A program made the position numbers and the translations under genes. DNA of 32,775 nt from NCBI GenBank assembly GCA_031414955.1, contig JANOQV010000180.1, forward strand, positions 1-32,775. The letters run 5' to 3'. This stretch comes from Pedosphaera sp. GTDB lineage: Bacteria > Verrucomicrobiota > Verrucomicrobiia > Limisphaerales > SIBH01. Numbering within the stretch: the first letter of the stretch is position 1; every line of letters starts with the position of its first letter. The notes beneath the pieces were generated by a model. That model worked only from the letters and a program-made list of their open reading frames with translations. It was not told the origin of the DNA and made no database searches. Shown piece after piece: positions 9,708 through 18,753 of this stretch.

Positions 9708-10985
9708 TTAGCGCAGCGCCGTGGCCCCGGCGAGATCGAGGCACACACCCTCTTTGGTGCTGCGGACGAAGATGCGACCGTGGGCCAGGGACGGGCTGGA
9801 CCAGCACTTGCCGGTGACGACTTTGGCGCGGGAGAGTTCCTGATAAGCCTTGGGGTTTGCCGCCACGGTGACGATCTCGCCCTTGTCGTTGAGTGCGAGC
9901 ACGGTGTCGCCCGCAAGGATCACCTGGCCCGCGCCGAAGTTCGGCTGGGACCACTTCACCTGGCCAGTGGCAAGTTCCACGCACTTGAGCGGGCCGGTGC
10001 CGTATTCCTTGAAACTGAACATGCCATAAAGATGGCCCTGGAAATAAACTGGAGTGCTCCAGTGATTGGCCACGGGCTGATTGCCGGCGGTGCGCCAAAG
10101 CTCGGTGGCTTTCCAGTCGCCGCCCTCGCGGCTGACCTTAACCGCTGTGGCCCCGACGCCGTAACCAGCCGCGCAATACACGATGTCCCCGCCGACCACG
10201 GGCGAGGCCGCGGTCGAGACACTGTATTTGAAAGGGTGTTTCCACAGGAGCTTCCCGTCGGCCGGATTCACCGAGACCAGCCCAGACTGGGTGAAGAAAA
10301 TAATCTGCTTCGTGCCGAGCAGCGTGGCGACGATGGGCGTGGCGTGGGTGATCTTTTCATCGTGCGACTTCCAAGCAACCTTGCCGGTGTCCTTTTCAAA
10401 CGCGAGCAACGATTCGCCCGGCCCGCCGCCACCCACGAATACAAGGTTGCCTTCGACGAGCGGAGAGGCCGCGTTTTGCCACGAGATGTTGCGGCCGGCG
10501 TGCTCCTTGATCAGATCATGCGACCAAACACTCTGGCCGCTGGCTGCGTCAAAACAGGCCACGACGAGTTTGGCCGAGACGACATACACACGATTGCCAT
10601 CGACGCTGGGCGTGGAGCGCGGGCCGTCGCCGCCCTTGTTGTCCTCGGTGCCGGATTGTCCGCCATCGCCAACTTTGATGCCGCCGAGCGGTTGCGCCCA
10701 TAGTTCCTTGCCGGAACCAGCGTCGAGGGCGAGCAGGGTCTCACGCGGTGCGCCCTCAAAATCTCGCATGATGAGGGTGAAGGCGCGCGCCCCGCCGACG
10801 GCGAAGGAACTGAACCCGTCGAGAGTGGGCACGCGCCAGAGCGCCTTGGGTCCGCCGGCCGGGAAAGTCTTTTGTATTTTGTCGGGAGTGCTGCGGTCGG
10901 CATTCGGTCCGCCGTACTGAGGCCAGTCGGCGGCAGAGAGCGAGAGCGCGGCGCAAACCACAGAAGCGGCGTGACATATTTTCAT
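9708..10985 (-). CDS. Secreted PQQ-like beta-propeller repeat protein (BamB-like, PVC family)
   Basis: Signal peptide followed by ADWPQYGGP, repeated ALDAGSGKELW / CFDAASGQSVW / FEKDTGKVAW motifs and GPRSTP. Confidence 0.9.
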   Translation of the reverse strand: MKICHAASVVCAALSLSAADWPQYGGPNADRSTPDKIQKTFPAGGPKALWRVPTLDGFSSFAVGGARAFTLIMRDFEGAPRETLLALDAGSGKELWAQPLGGIKVGDGGQSGTEDNKGGDGPRSTPSVDGNRVYVVSAKLVVACFDAASGQSVWSHDLIKEHAGRNISWQNAASPLVEGNLVFVGGGGPGESLLAFEKDTGKVAWKSHDEKITHATPIVATLLGTKQIIFFTQSGLVSVNPADGKLLWKHPFKYSVSTAASPVVGGDIVYCAAGYGVGATAVKVSREGGDWKATELWRTAGNQPVANHWSTPVYFQGHLYGMFSFKEYGTGPLKCVELATGQVKWSQPNFGAGQVILAGDTVLALNDKGEIVTVAANPKAYQELSRAKVVTGKCWSSPSLAHGRIFVRSTKEGVCLDLAGATALR

Positions 10986-11108
10986 GGGGCTGGATTCGAG
11001 AGTCTGGGGCTGATTTTAGCAATGGATTTTTGCCGGGCGCGGAGCACGGCGGGTGCGCGCAAAGAAGGATCGCCGAAGAACCGCTCCGCTCTTAACGTCT
11101 GCCCATCC

Positions 11109-14100
11109 ATGAAATCGCGTGCTCTGATCCTTTCGCTGACGCTTTTGTGCCTGCCCGCCGCCTTCGCGGCCACCACGGCACTGTTTGAAGGCCAGTCGTT
11201 TACCGGTTGGGAGGGTGAGACGAATTCGGTCTGGCGCATTCGCGAGGGCGCGATTGTGGGCGGCTCGTTGCAGGGCAATCCGCGCAATGAATTCCTCGCC
11301 ACGCGCACGAGCTACAAGAACTTCCGCTTGCGGCTGGAATACAAACTGGTCGGCACGGAAGGCTTCGTGAATGGCGGCGTGCAGTTCCGCAGCAAGCGCA
11401 TCGCACAGCCCCCGAATGAGATGTCCGGGTTCCAGGCTGACATCGGCGCGGGCTACTCCGGCTGCCTCTATGATGAATCGCGCCGCAACAAGATGCTCGC
11501 GATGGCAGACACGAATCTGGTCGCGCGCGTGGAGAAGCCCGGCGACTGGAACAGCTACGAAATCGTGGCCCGGGGCGCGGAGATTCAGCTTTCGCTCAAT
11601 GGCCAGCGCACGGCCTCCTATGTGGAGCGGACAGCGGGCATTGATACGGATGGATTCATCGCGCTCCAGATTCACGGCAACTGCAAGGCGGAGATAGCCT
11701 TTCGCAACATCACCATTGAGGAACTGTCCGCGCCAACGGTGCCGACCGAGAGCGACATTCTCGGGCGCTTCGGCACCGGTCAGCCAAGCCCATCCATCGC
11801 GCCGTTCCCGCAGGGGAAATTCGTTCTCGGCGAGAAGGAAACGCTCGTCCTCGTTGGCCAGGAGAACTTCGTGCGCGACCAGAAGGCGGGCGAGATCGAG
11901 GCGCAACTAGTCTCGACCTACGCCGCGAAGCAGCCGCGCTTCCGGTCCATGGCCTGGGAGGCGGACACGGTTTACGAGCAGTGGCGTGACTTGAACTTCG
12001 GTTCGTGGCCCCGACAGATCGAAGCGGCCGGCGCAACCATCGTGGTGGCGCAATTCGGGCAGATGGAGGCGCTCGATGGCCCGGCGCGATTGCCTGAATT
12101 CATCGCGGCCTATCATCGGCTGCTTGATCAATTCTCGGTGCGTACTCGGCGGCTGGTGCTGGTATCGCCTACGCCGTTCGAGAAGCCGCTCGCCTCGCAC
12201 GCTCCCGACCTTACACAGCGCAACGGCGACGTGGCCGCTTACGCCAACGCCGTGCGCGACCTCGCGAAGCAACGCGGCGCGGTCTTCGTGGATTTGTTCG
12301 CTCCCATCGCGCTGCGCAAGTCCGGCCAGCGTCTGACCGAGGACGGCATTCACCTGACGGAATCCGGCTTGCGCGACGTGGCCGCCATCATCGCGAAGCA
12401 ACTCGGCGCGGAGGAGAATCTGTCCGCGAGCATGACTCCGTTGCGCGAGGCCATCGTGGAGAAGAACCGCCTCTGGTTCGACAGCTGGCGCCCAGCCAAC
12501 TGGTCGTTCGTCTATGGCGACCGTGTTTCCCAAACTTACGCGAAGGCGTCCGGCACCGAACCGTCGCTGAAGGAAGCCTTCGAGAAATATCGCCCGCTGG
12601 TGGACGCAGCGGACAAGCGCATCCACGCACTGGCCAGCGGAGCGCCGAGCATTGCTCGGCCCGAACAGCCAGCCGTCTCCAGCGCAGCAACGAACGAATC
12701 CAAAGCACTCACCCCCGAGGAACAACTCGCCACCTTCACCCTCGCGCCCGGTTACGAAGTAAACCTGTTCGCCTCCGAGCGCGACGGCGTGGTGAAGCCC
12801 ACGCAGTTCTCTTGGGACGAAAAGGGCCGGCTCTACGTGGCTTGCTCGCCGACTTATCCGCAATCCCGCGCGAGCGCCAAGCCCGCCGATTACATCCTCG
12901 TGCTGGAAGACACCGACGGCGACGGCAAGGCCGACAAGTCGTGGAAGTTCGCCGAGGGCCTGACCATGGTGCAGGGCGTCGAGCCGGGTGAGGGCGGCGT
13001 CTTCGTTTGCGACTTTGATCAGATTCTTCACTTCCGCGACACCGATGGCGACGGTCGCGCGGATGTGCGGCGCGTGGTGATGAGCGGGTTCGGCATTGGC
13101 GACACTCATCAGCTTGTGAACTCCATCACGCACGGGCCGGACGGCAGCCTGTGGTTCTCGCAGGGACTGCACGCCTTCTCGCGCGTGGAGACACCGTGGG
13201 GCGTGGCCCGGCTGGATCGCGCGGCGGTCTGGCGGATGCGCCCGCGCCAGTTGCGACTCGATGGCTTCTTCGGCGGCGGCATGGCGGGCGCAAATTGCTG
13301 GGGCGTGGCCTTCGACGACTTCGGCCAGGTCTTCCACAAGTCCGGCGATCGCCCGCAAGGTTATTGGACCGTGCCCGGCATGGTGCGCGGCGCGAATCCG
13401 AGCGGGAGCGGTTCGGCCACTTCCGCCGACGTCTCGTACGCCAATTCGCCGGAGCAATATCACTCCGTCGGCCCGCTCTTCGACACGTCGCCCAAGACCA
13501 CGGCGCTCGACATCATCGGCACGCGCGCGATGCCCGACGACATTCAGGGCTGCGCACTTATTGGCGGCTACTTCGGCGCGGTGGTGGAGTTGCATCGCTT
13601 TCACGACGCCGGTTCAGGTTTCAAAACGACTCAGTTGCCCAAGTTGATGACGTCCTCCAACAGCTCCTTCCGCCCGGTGGATGTGAGCGTGGGGCCGGAC
13701 GGCGCGATCTATCTGGCCGACTGGTTCAATCCGGTGATCGGCCATTACCAGACCAGCTACGCCGACCCGCGCCGCGACAAGACCCGCGGCCGCGTCTGGC
13801 GCATCACCGCCAAAGGCCGCGCGCCGATCAAGCAGCCGAATCTCGCGGCGATGAAACCCGCCGAGTTGCTGGAACAACTGCGCTCGCCCGAACGCTGGAC
13901 GCGTTACCAGGCCAAGCGCCTGCTGTTCGATGCGCCGAGTGCGGAAGTGCTGAAGGCAGCCGACGCGTTCGTCGCGGGAATCGTCACCCGGACGCCAGCA
14001 GATGAACCGATACTGGTTGAAGTGACCGGCGTGTTTGAAGCTCACGAAGCCGTGCGGCCGGCCCTGGTCCATCGGATGCTCGGCGCGGAGGACGCGCGGG

Positions 14101-14813
14101 TGCGCGCTTACGGCGCCCGCGTGGCCGGCATGTGGGCCGGAGAATGGCCGGGCGCGCTGGAATCACTGCGGGGCACGGTGCGCGACGCTCATCCGCGTGT
14201 GCGCCTGGAATCCGTAGTTGCTGCGAGCTACGTGCCCAAGGCCGAGGCCGTGGAAGTGGTCGCCGCCGCCGTGGACCAGCCGCGCGATCCGTTTCTCGAC
14301 TACGCCATCCGGGCCAGCGCCCGTGCGCTCCAACCGCGCTGGGCTTCCGCCTTCGCCGCGAACAAGCTTACGCTCGCGAGCGCCACGCAGACCGATTACC
14401 TGCGCAAGTTGCTCGGCACGCCGCCTAAGCCGCCCTCACCCGGACAGGAACTGTATGAGATGGCCTGCCTGCCCTGCCATCAGCCCGAGGGCAAAGGGCT
14501 GCCCGGCGTTTATCCACCGCTCGTCGGGAGCGAGTGGCTGCGTGGCGACACGACGCGCCTGATCAAAATTCTCCTGCACGGCCTCAGCGGTCCCATCACC
14601 GTCGCCGGCCAGACCTTTGGCAATCGCCCGGATTCCATTGTCATGCCCTCACTCGGCGGCCTGACCGACGAACAGATCGCCGACGTGCTCAGCTACGTGC
14701 GCAACGACTACGGCGGAAAGGCCGGCGCCGTCTCAGCCGACGAGGTGAAGAAAGTGCGCGCCGCCAATCCTAATCGTGACACGCCGTGGAGCGTGGAGGA
14801 GTTGGGGAAATAG
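11109..14813 (+). CDS. PVC-type heme-binding protein: DUF1080 + SGNH-like + beta-propeller + HEAT + cytochrome c
   Basis: Signal peptide; LFEGQSFTGW...NGGVQFRS...GFIALQIH...FRNITI (DUF1080); LTEDGIHL (SGNH block V); VNLFASE, LEDTDGDGKADK, FRPVDVSVGPDGAIYLADW (propeller); RVRLESV (HEAT); CLPCHQ...YPPL...MPS...IADVLSYVRN (class I cytochrome c). Confidence 0.9.
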   Translation: MKSRALILSLTLLCLPAAFAATTALFEGQSFTGWEGETNSVWRIREGAIVGGSLQGNPRNEFLATRTSYKNFRLRLEYKLVGTEGFVNGGVQFRSKRIAQPPNEMSGFQADIGAGYSGCLYDESRRNKMLAMADTNLVARVEKPGDWNSYEIVARGAEIQLSLNGQRTASYVERTAGIDTDGFIALQIHGNCKAEIAFRNITIEELSAPTVPTESDILGRFGTGQPSPSIAPFPQGKFVLGEKETLVLVGQENFVRDQKAGEIEAQLVSTYAAKQPRFRSMAWEADTVYEQWRDLNFGSWPRQIEAAGATIVVAQFGQMEALDGPARLPEFIAAYHRLLDQFSVRTRRLVLVSPTPFEKPLASHAPDLTQRNGDVAAYANAVRDLAKQRGAVFVDLFAPIALRKSGQRLTEDGIHLTESGLRDVAAIIAKQLGAEENLSASMTPLREAIVEKNRLWFDSWRPANWSFVYGDRVSQTYAKASGTEPSLKEAFEKYRPLVDAADKRIHALASGAPSIARPEQPAVSSAATNESKALTPEEQLATFTLAPGYEVNLFASERDGVVKPTQFSWDEKGRLYVACSPTYPQSRASAKPADYILVLEDTDGDGKADKSWKFAEGLTMVQGVEPGEGGVFVCDFDQILHFRDTDGDGRADVRRVVMSGFGIGDTHQLVNSITHGPDGSLWFSQGLHAFSRVETPWGVARLDRAAVWRMRPRQLRLDGFFGGGMAGANCWGVAFDDFGQVFHKSGDRPQGYWTVPGMVRGANPSGSGSATSADVSYANSPEQYHSVGPLFDTSPKTTALDIIGTRAMPDDIQGCALIGGYFGAVVELHRFHDAGSGFKTTQLPKLMTSSNSSFRPVDVSVGPDGAIYLADWFNPVIGHYQTSYADPRRDKTRGRVWRITAKGRAPIKQPNLAAMKPAELLEQLRSPERWTRYQAKRLLFDAPSAEVLKAADAFVAGIVTRTPADEPILVEVTGVFEAHEAVRPALVHRMLGAEDARVRAYGARVAGMWAGEWPGALESLRGTVRDAHPRVRLESVVAASYVPKAEAVEVVAAAVDQPRDPFLDYAIRASARALQPRWASAFAANKLTLASATQTDYLRKLLGTPPKPPSPGQELYEMACLPCHQPEGKGLPGVYPPLVGSEWLRGDTTRLIKILLHGLSGPITVAGQTFGNRPDSIVMPSLGGLTDEQIADVLSYVRNDYGGKAGAVSADEVKKVRAANPNRDTPWSVEELGK

Positions 14814-14863
14814 AACCGGAAGAAGTCCGTGCCAACCAATCTTTGGTCAACGAATTGTTTATC

Positions 14864-15976
14864 TCACTTCGGCCACTCGCTGATTTGTCCCCAACACTTC
14901 CGCAGCCAGCGCAGGTGTTCCTTTGGTTTGGTCATCCGGTTCGCCACGCCCACGTTGCCCAGCGATTTGTCCGGCCAGAGATGCAGGCGGTCGGCGATCC
15001 CCAATTCAGCCGCCAGCCGTTCCACAGTTTGCAGTGAGTTGATTGCGTAATCCTGCCAGCGTTCGCGGCTTTCAAATACTTCGGTGCGCAGCGAGAGGCC
15101 GAGGGATTCTGCCTGGGAGTTGATTCGTTCCACGTTCTCCGCACGGATGTTGATCGGTTCGTGAAAGATGGTGATGGGTTCGACTTCGGCCACAGCACGG
15201 AGTGTGGCACGCAAGTCAGCTTCGTCGCACTCCGGGTAGGTCGGTGCGACGGCCACATAGACGTGTAGACCGGCTTCGCGGGCGGCGCGTAGCGCGGCGA
15301 GACGTTGCGACGGCGCGGGAGCTTTAGGCTCATAGACCTTGGCGAGATCGTTGCGCAACGTGGGCAGGCTCATGCCGAACAGCAGGCGCGGGCCGAAGCT
15401 CTTGAACAGGTCGAAATCCGCGCGGGCCAGCGGGCTGCGGGTGAGAATGCGGACGTTGAGCGTGGAATGGTCACGAATGAGTTCCAGCGAACGACGCACC
15501 AGCCTGCGGGCATGTTGCCCGAGCATCCGCTGCCGCTCCGGGTTGGGATGGTGGATGACCTGGTAGGGATCGGTGGTGCTGCAATACATCACCGCGCGAT
15601 TGCCGTCCGGCTTGAGCTGAGCGCGCGGGGTGTTCTCCGCCGCGCGCAGCGACGCGAGGAACTTGTCCTCGTCCCACGGACGGAGCAGGACGTAATCCCC
15701 CCACTCGGCGTCCGGGTCTTTCACTCCGTATTCCGCGAGCTTCGGCCCCTGCTTGATGGTTGCCGCGCTGGGCACATAACAGAACCGGCACGCGTGCGAG
15801 CAGCCGACCGCAACATTGAACGCCCAATTGGAGAGGCTCTTGTAAACGAAGTTGTTCGGCGCAATGACGGCGGGTGAGGACCACAGGCCGACGCGATTGT
15901 CCTGCGGAATCTTGCGCCCCGGGGCAGAGCGCGGCGCTTCGAGCGTGGCACCAACTGTATCGAGAAATGCGGTCAT
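14864..15976 (-). CDS. Radical SAM protein, SplB/COG1533-like
   Basis: FNVAVGCSHACRFCYV (CxxxCxxC at 15779-15802), STTDPYQ, ILTRS, YEPKAPAPSQRLAAL, GLHVYVAVAPTYP. ATG overlaps the upstream gene's TGA (ATGA). Confidence 0.9.
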   Translation of the reverse strand: MTAFLDTVGATLEAPRSAPGRKIPQDNRVGLWSSPAVIAPNNFVYKSLSNWAFNVAVGCSHACRFCYVPSAATIKQGPKLAEYGVKDPDAEWGDYVLLRPWDEDKFLASLRAAENTPRAQLKPDGNRAVMYCSTTDPYQVIHHPNPERQRMLGQHARRLVRRSLELIRDHSTLNVRILTRSPLARADFDLFKSFGPRLLFGMSLPTLRNDLAKVYEPKAPAPSQRLAALRAAREAGLHVYVAVAPTYPECDEADLRATLRAVAEVEPITIFHEPINIRAENVERINSQAESLGLSLRTEVFESRERWQDYAINSLQTVERLAAELGIADRLHLWPDKSLGNVGVANRMTKPKEHLRWLRKCWGQISEWPK

Positions 15977-16884
15977 GGTTTCAAAATGTCTTGGGCGATC
16001 TTCACAGCGGTCTTCGCGCCGCGCTCATTGCCCGCGGCAAAGCATAGCAGATAAAGCGGCGTGTTGGCAGAGTTGTGCAGTGCGAGCGGGTTCTTGGCGA
16101 CGCCGGGGAAGATGGTCTTGAGGCGCTCAACAAAGAACCGCGAGATACCGTCAAAGTTCGCGACTTTCTCGGTTTTCGCCTCCGTCCCGAACAGGCCCGG
16201 CTCAACCTTGGTCTGGTAGAAGGCATTCCGCCATTCTCCTGTGCCAAAGAAATCATCCAACCGACGTTGCCACGCTTCGCTGATCTTCGCGTCCCGGCGG
16301 AGCAGGCGATTCACCCCAATGCCGAGTGGGAAGAGAATCCACAGGTCAATCGCCTTGGTCTTGGCGATTGCATTCATTGTGTCCCAAGTCACCTGCATCC
16401 CGAATGGATCGAGGAACAGAACCGCACGATTTCGATCCCACCGGCGATTTTCGCAGATGTCCCTCAAGTAGGCGTTCGAATCAGCGTTGACGATCACAAT
16501 GTCGCTCGCCAGCGGTGGGAACTCCTCCTTCAATTTGTTGAGTTCAGCCGCGCGCTTCGCGTCTTTCTCGATGAAGAGGTATTTCGTGAACCGGGGTTCA
16601 ACTTTGAGTGCGATGCGCGCGGAACCATCCAGAAAGCCGACCGCGTCGTCGTCAGCGAATTCTGGAAACGACAGAGTTCCTTCCTCCTTTTTCACTCGTG
16701 GCGTGTTGTAGCCCGTGCCTGCGAACGCATCAATGTAGGCGAAGCGAAACTTCTGATTCCGCATGATCGTCGCGTAGGCAACCAGATACTTGCGAACGCG
16801 CTCCAGCTTCTCGGCTGTCCAGCCGCCACCGAACTGTTGCTTGGGCGTATTCACTGACTGCATCGTGTCGAATTCGCTGCTCAT
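15973..16884 (-). CDS. tcmP: Three-Cys-motif partner protein TcmP family (SAM-dependent methyltransferase-like)
   Basis: FGGGWTAEKL..VRKYL, YIDAFAGTG (SAM-binding motif I), GSARIAL, FIEKD, RAVLFLDPFGMQVTW, DLWILFP, PLYLLCFA. Start at ATG 16884 or 16863. Confidence 0.88.
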   Translation of the reverse strand: MSSEFDTMQSVNTPKQQFGGGWTAEKLERVRKYLVAYATIMRNQKFRFAYIDAFAGTGYNTPRVKKEEGTLSFPEFADDDAVGFLDGSARIALKVEPRFTKYLFIEKDAKRAAELNKLKEEFPPLASDIVIVNADSNAYLRDICENRRWDRNRAVLFLDPFGMQVTWDTMNAIAKTKAIDLWILFPLGIGVNRLLRRDAKISEAWQRRLDDFFGTGEWRNAFYQTKVEPGLFGTEAKTEKVANFDGISRFFVERLKTIFPGVAKNPLALHNSANTPLYLLCFAAGNERGAKTAVKIAQDILKP

Positions 16885-16975
16885 TTGCGAACCAGTTTCT
16901 CATGAGGGGTGGGACAAATACGGGGGTAGGCGCAACAACACCAGCAAGGCAGTTTGGATCACCATTCTGCGTACG

Positions 16976-18394
16976 TCACGCAATAATCTCCTTCACCACC
17001 CGGCACGGTTCGACGCCGACGAGGCGCTGGTCGAGGCCGGATTCGCGGACGGTCAGTTTCTCGTGGTCGATGCCGAGCAGGTTCAGCAGCGTGGCGTGGA
17101 AATCGTGGACGCTCACCTTGTCCACCACGGCCTTGTGGCCGATGCCGTCGGTCGCGCCGTAGTGCGTGCCGCCCTTGATGCCCGCGCCAGCCAGCCAGGC
17201 GGTGAAGGCGTGGGGATTGTGATCGCGCCCGGGCTTCGCGCCCTTCTGTGAAATGGGCAGGCGGCCGAATTCGCCAGCGCATACCACGAGCACGTCTTTG
17301 CTCAGGCCGCGCTGCGAGAGATCTTCGAGCAGGGCGGAGAAAGGCTGATCCACTTCGGCGGCGAATCCGCCGTGGTTGCCGACGAGGTCGAGGTGGCAGT
17401 CCCACGAGAGCTGGTTCTCCATGCCGCCGCTGTAGATCTGCACGAAGCGCACGCCGCGTTCGACGAGACGGCGCGCGGTCAGGCATTGGAGCGCCATGTG
17501 CGAGCAGTGTTTCTGGTCGAGGCCGTAGAGTTTGCGCACGCTCTCCGGCTCCTTGTTCACATCGAAGGCCTCGGGCGCGGCGGTTTGCATGCGGTAGGCC
17601 AGCTCGAAGCTCTCGATGCGCGCGGCCAGTTCGCTCTCGGCGGCGGAGCCGGCCATGCCATGGCGATTGAGCGCGGCGAGATAATCAAGCTGCTCGCGCT
17701 GGCGCTGGTCGGTGACATCGGCGGGACGCTTGAGGTTAGCAATCGGTTCGCCTTTGGGCCGGAGCCAGGTGCCTTGATAGACGCTGGGCAGGAAGCCGGC
17801 GGTCCAGTTGTTCGCGTTGCCTTTCGGCAGGCCGCGATCCTTCGGATCGGACATCACGATGAAACTCGGCAGGTCTTCGCTCTCAGAGCCGAGGCCGTAA
17901 GCCACCCACGAGCCGACGCTGGGATGGCCCATGCGCGTGACACCGGTGTTCATCATGAAGAGCGCGGGCGAATGGTTGTTCGACTCGGTGAAGCACGAGT
18001 GGATGAAGGCCATGCGGTCCACATGCCGGGATAGTTTCGGGAACAGGCTGCTGCCCCAGGTGCCGCTCTGGCCGTGTTGCTGCCACTCGAAGGGCGACTT
18101 CATGAGCGGGCCAACGGCTTCGGGAAAGAATCCCGTCTTCGCGTCGAAGCCCGGCAGCGGCTGGCCGTCGCGCTTCTGCAACTCGGGCTTGTAATCCCAG
18201 GTGTCCACGTGGCTCGGCCCGCCGTTCATGAACAGCCAGATGACGGACTTGGCCTTGGCGGGAAAATGCGGCGCCTTGGCCGCAAGCGGATTGAGCGCGC
18301 CGGCACCAAAGCCAGTGCGCGCGAGCATGGACTGCAAGGCCAGCCAGCCGAAGCCGGCCCCGGCGCGTTGGAAGAAGTGGCGGCGGTTCAGCAT
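16976..18394 (-). CDS. DUF1501 domain protein (Tat-exported, PVC family)
   Basis: NRRHFFQ Tat-like motif, AKSVIWLFMNGGPSHVDTWDYKP, ARRLVERGVRFVQ, GEFGRLP, GRDHNP, VHDFHATLL. Confidence 0.93.
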   Translation of the reverse strand: MLNRRHFFQRAGAGFGWLALQSMLARTGFGAGALNPLAAKAPHFPAKAKSVIWLFMNGGPSHVDTWDYKPELQKRDGQPLPGFDAKTGFFPEAVGPLMKSPFEWQQHGQSGTWGSSLFPKLSRHVDRMAFIHSCFTESNNHSPALFMMNTGVTRMGHPSVGSWVAYGLGSESEDLPSFIVMSDPKDRGLPKGNANNWTAGFLPSVYQGTWLRPKGEPIANLKRPADVTDQRQREQLDYLAALNRHGMAGSAAESELAARIESFELAYRMQTAAPEAFDVNKEPESVRKLYGLDQKHCSHMALQCLTARRLVERGVRFVQIYSGGMENQLSWDCHLDLVGNHGGFAAEVDQPFSALLEDLSQRGLSKDVLVVCAGEFGRLPISQKGAKPGRDHNPHAFTAWLAGAGIKGGTHYGATDGIGHKAVVDKVSVHDFHATLLNLLGIDHEKLTVRESGLDQRLVGVEPCRVVKEIIA

Positions 18395-18460
18395 GGGATT
18401 GAAATGCGTGATTGTGTGAAGGGATGGCGACCTGGGCAAATCCGGCCAAGGACGACACGG

Positions 18461-18489
18461 TTGCAAGTGGATGGACGCAAAGTTATTCT
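18461..18489 (+). promoter_or_regulatory. Putative sigma70 promoter for the inserted two-gene module (leaderless)
   Basis: TTGCAA (18461-18466), 17-bp spacer, TATTCT (18484-18489), then 6 nt to the ATG at 18496. Confidence 0.6.
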
Positions 18490-18495
18490 CCGGCC

Positions 18496-18735
18496 ATGAC
18501 AACGAAGAAAAGCCATCGCGCCCCGTGGGAATTCGATGCGGATGGCTTGAACGATGCCGTCAATCGCGCCTTCGCCAAGATCGCCACGTCTCCCAAGTCG
18601 GCGCGCAGATTTCTGCTGTCGATTCCGGCTCATGTGGCCGGGGTCAAAGCGCAAGCGGCCCTGGAGCGGGCGGCGGCCAAAACCGCCCGGCGGGCCAGGT
18701 CGAACGGACACGACAAAACCACGGTGGCGAAATAA
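18496..18735 (+). CDS. Small basic hypothetical protein, candidate antitoxin/partner
   Basis: 79-aa ORF directly behind a predicted promoter and 18 bp upstream of the ART-like gene. Helical core AFAKIATSPKSARRFLLSI. Confidence 0.6.
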   Translation: MTTKKSHRAPWEFDADGLNDAVNRAFAKIATSPKSARRFLLSIPAHVAGVKAQAALERAAAKTARRARSNGHDKTTVAK

Positions 18736-18753
18736 TTTCTCGGCCAGCACGGC

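Noticed and set aside
9679..10098. N-terminal extension of the cyclase ORF
   Set aside because: It overlaps the PQQ-repeat gene in another frame, and its Arg/His/Gly-rich composition is typical of off-frame reading.
14864..15976. Calling the radical SAM gene a true spore photoproduct lyase (splB)
   Set aside because: Only family-level motifs match. There is no sporulation context, and it is coupled to tcmP.
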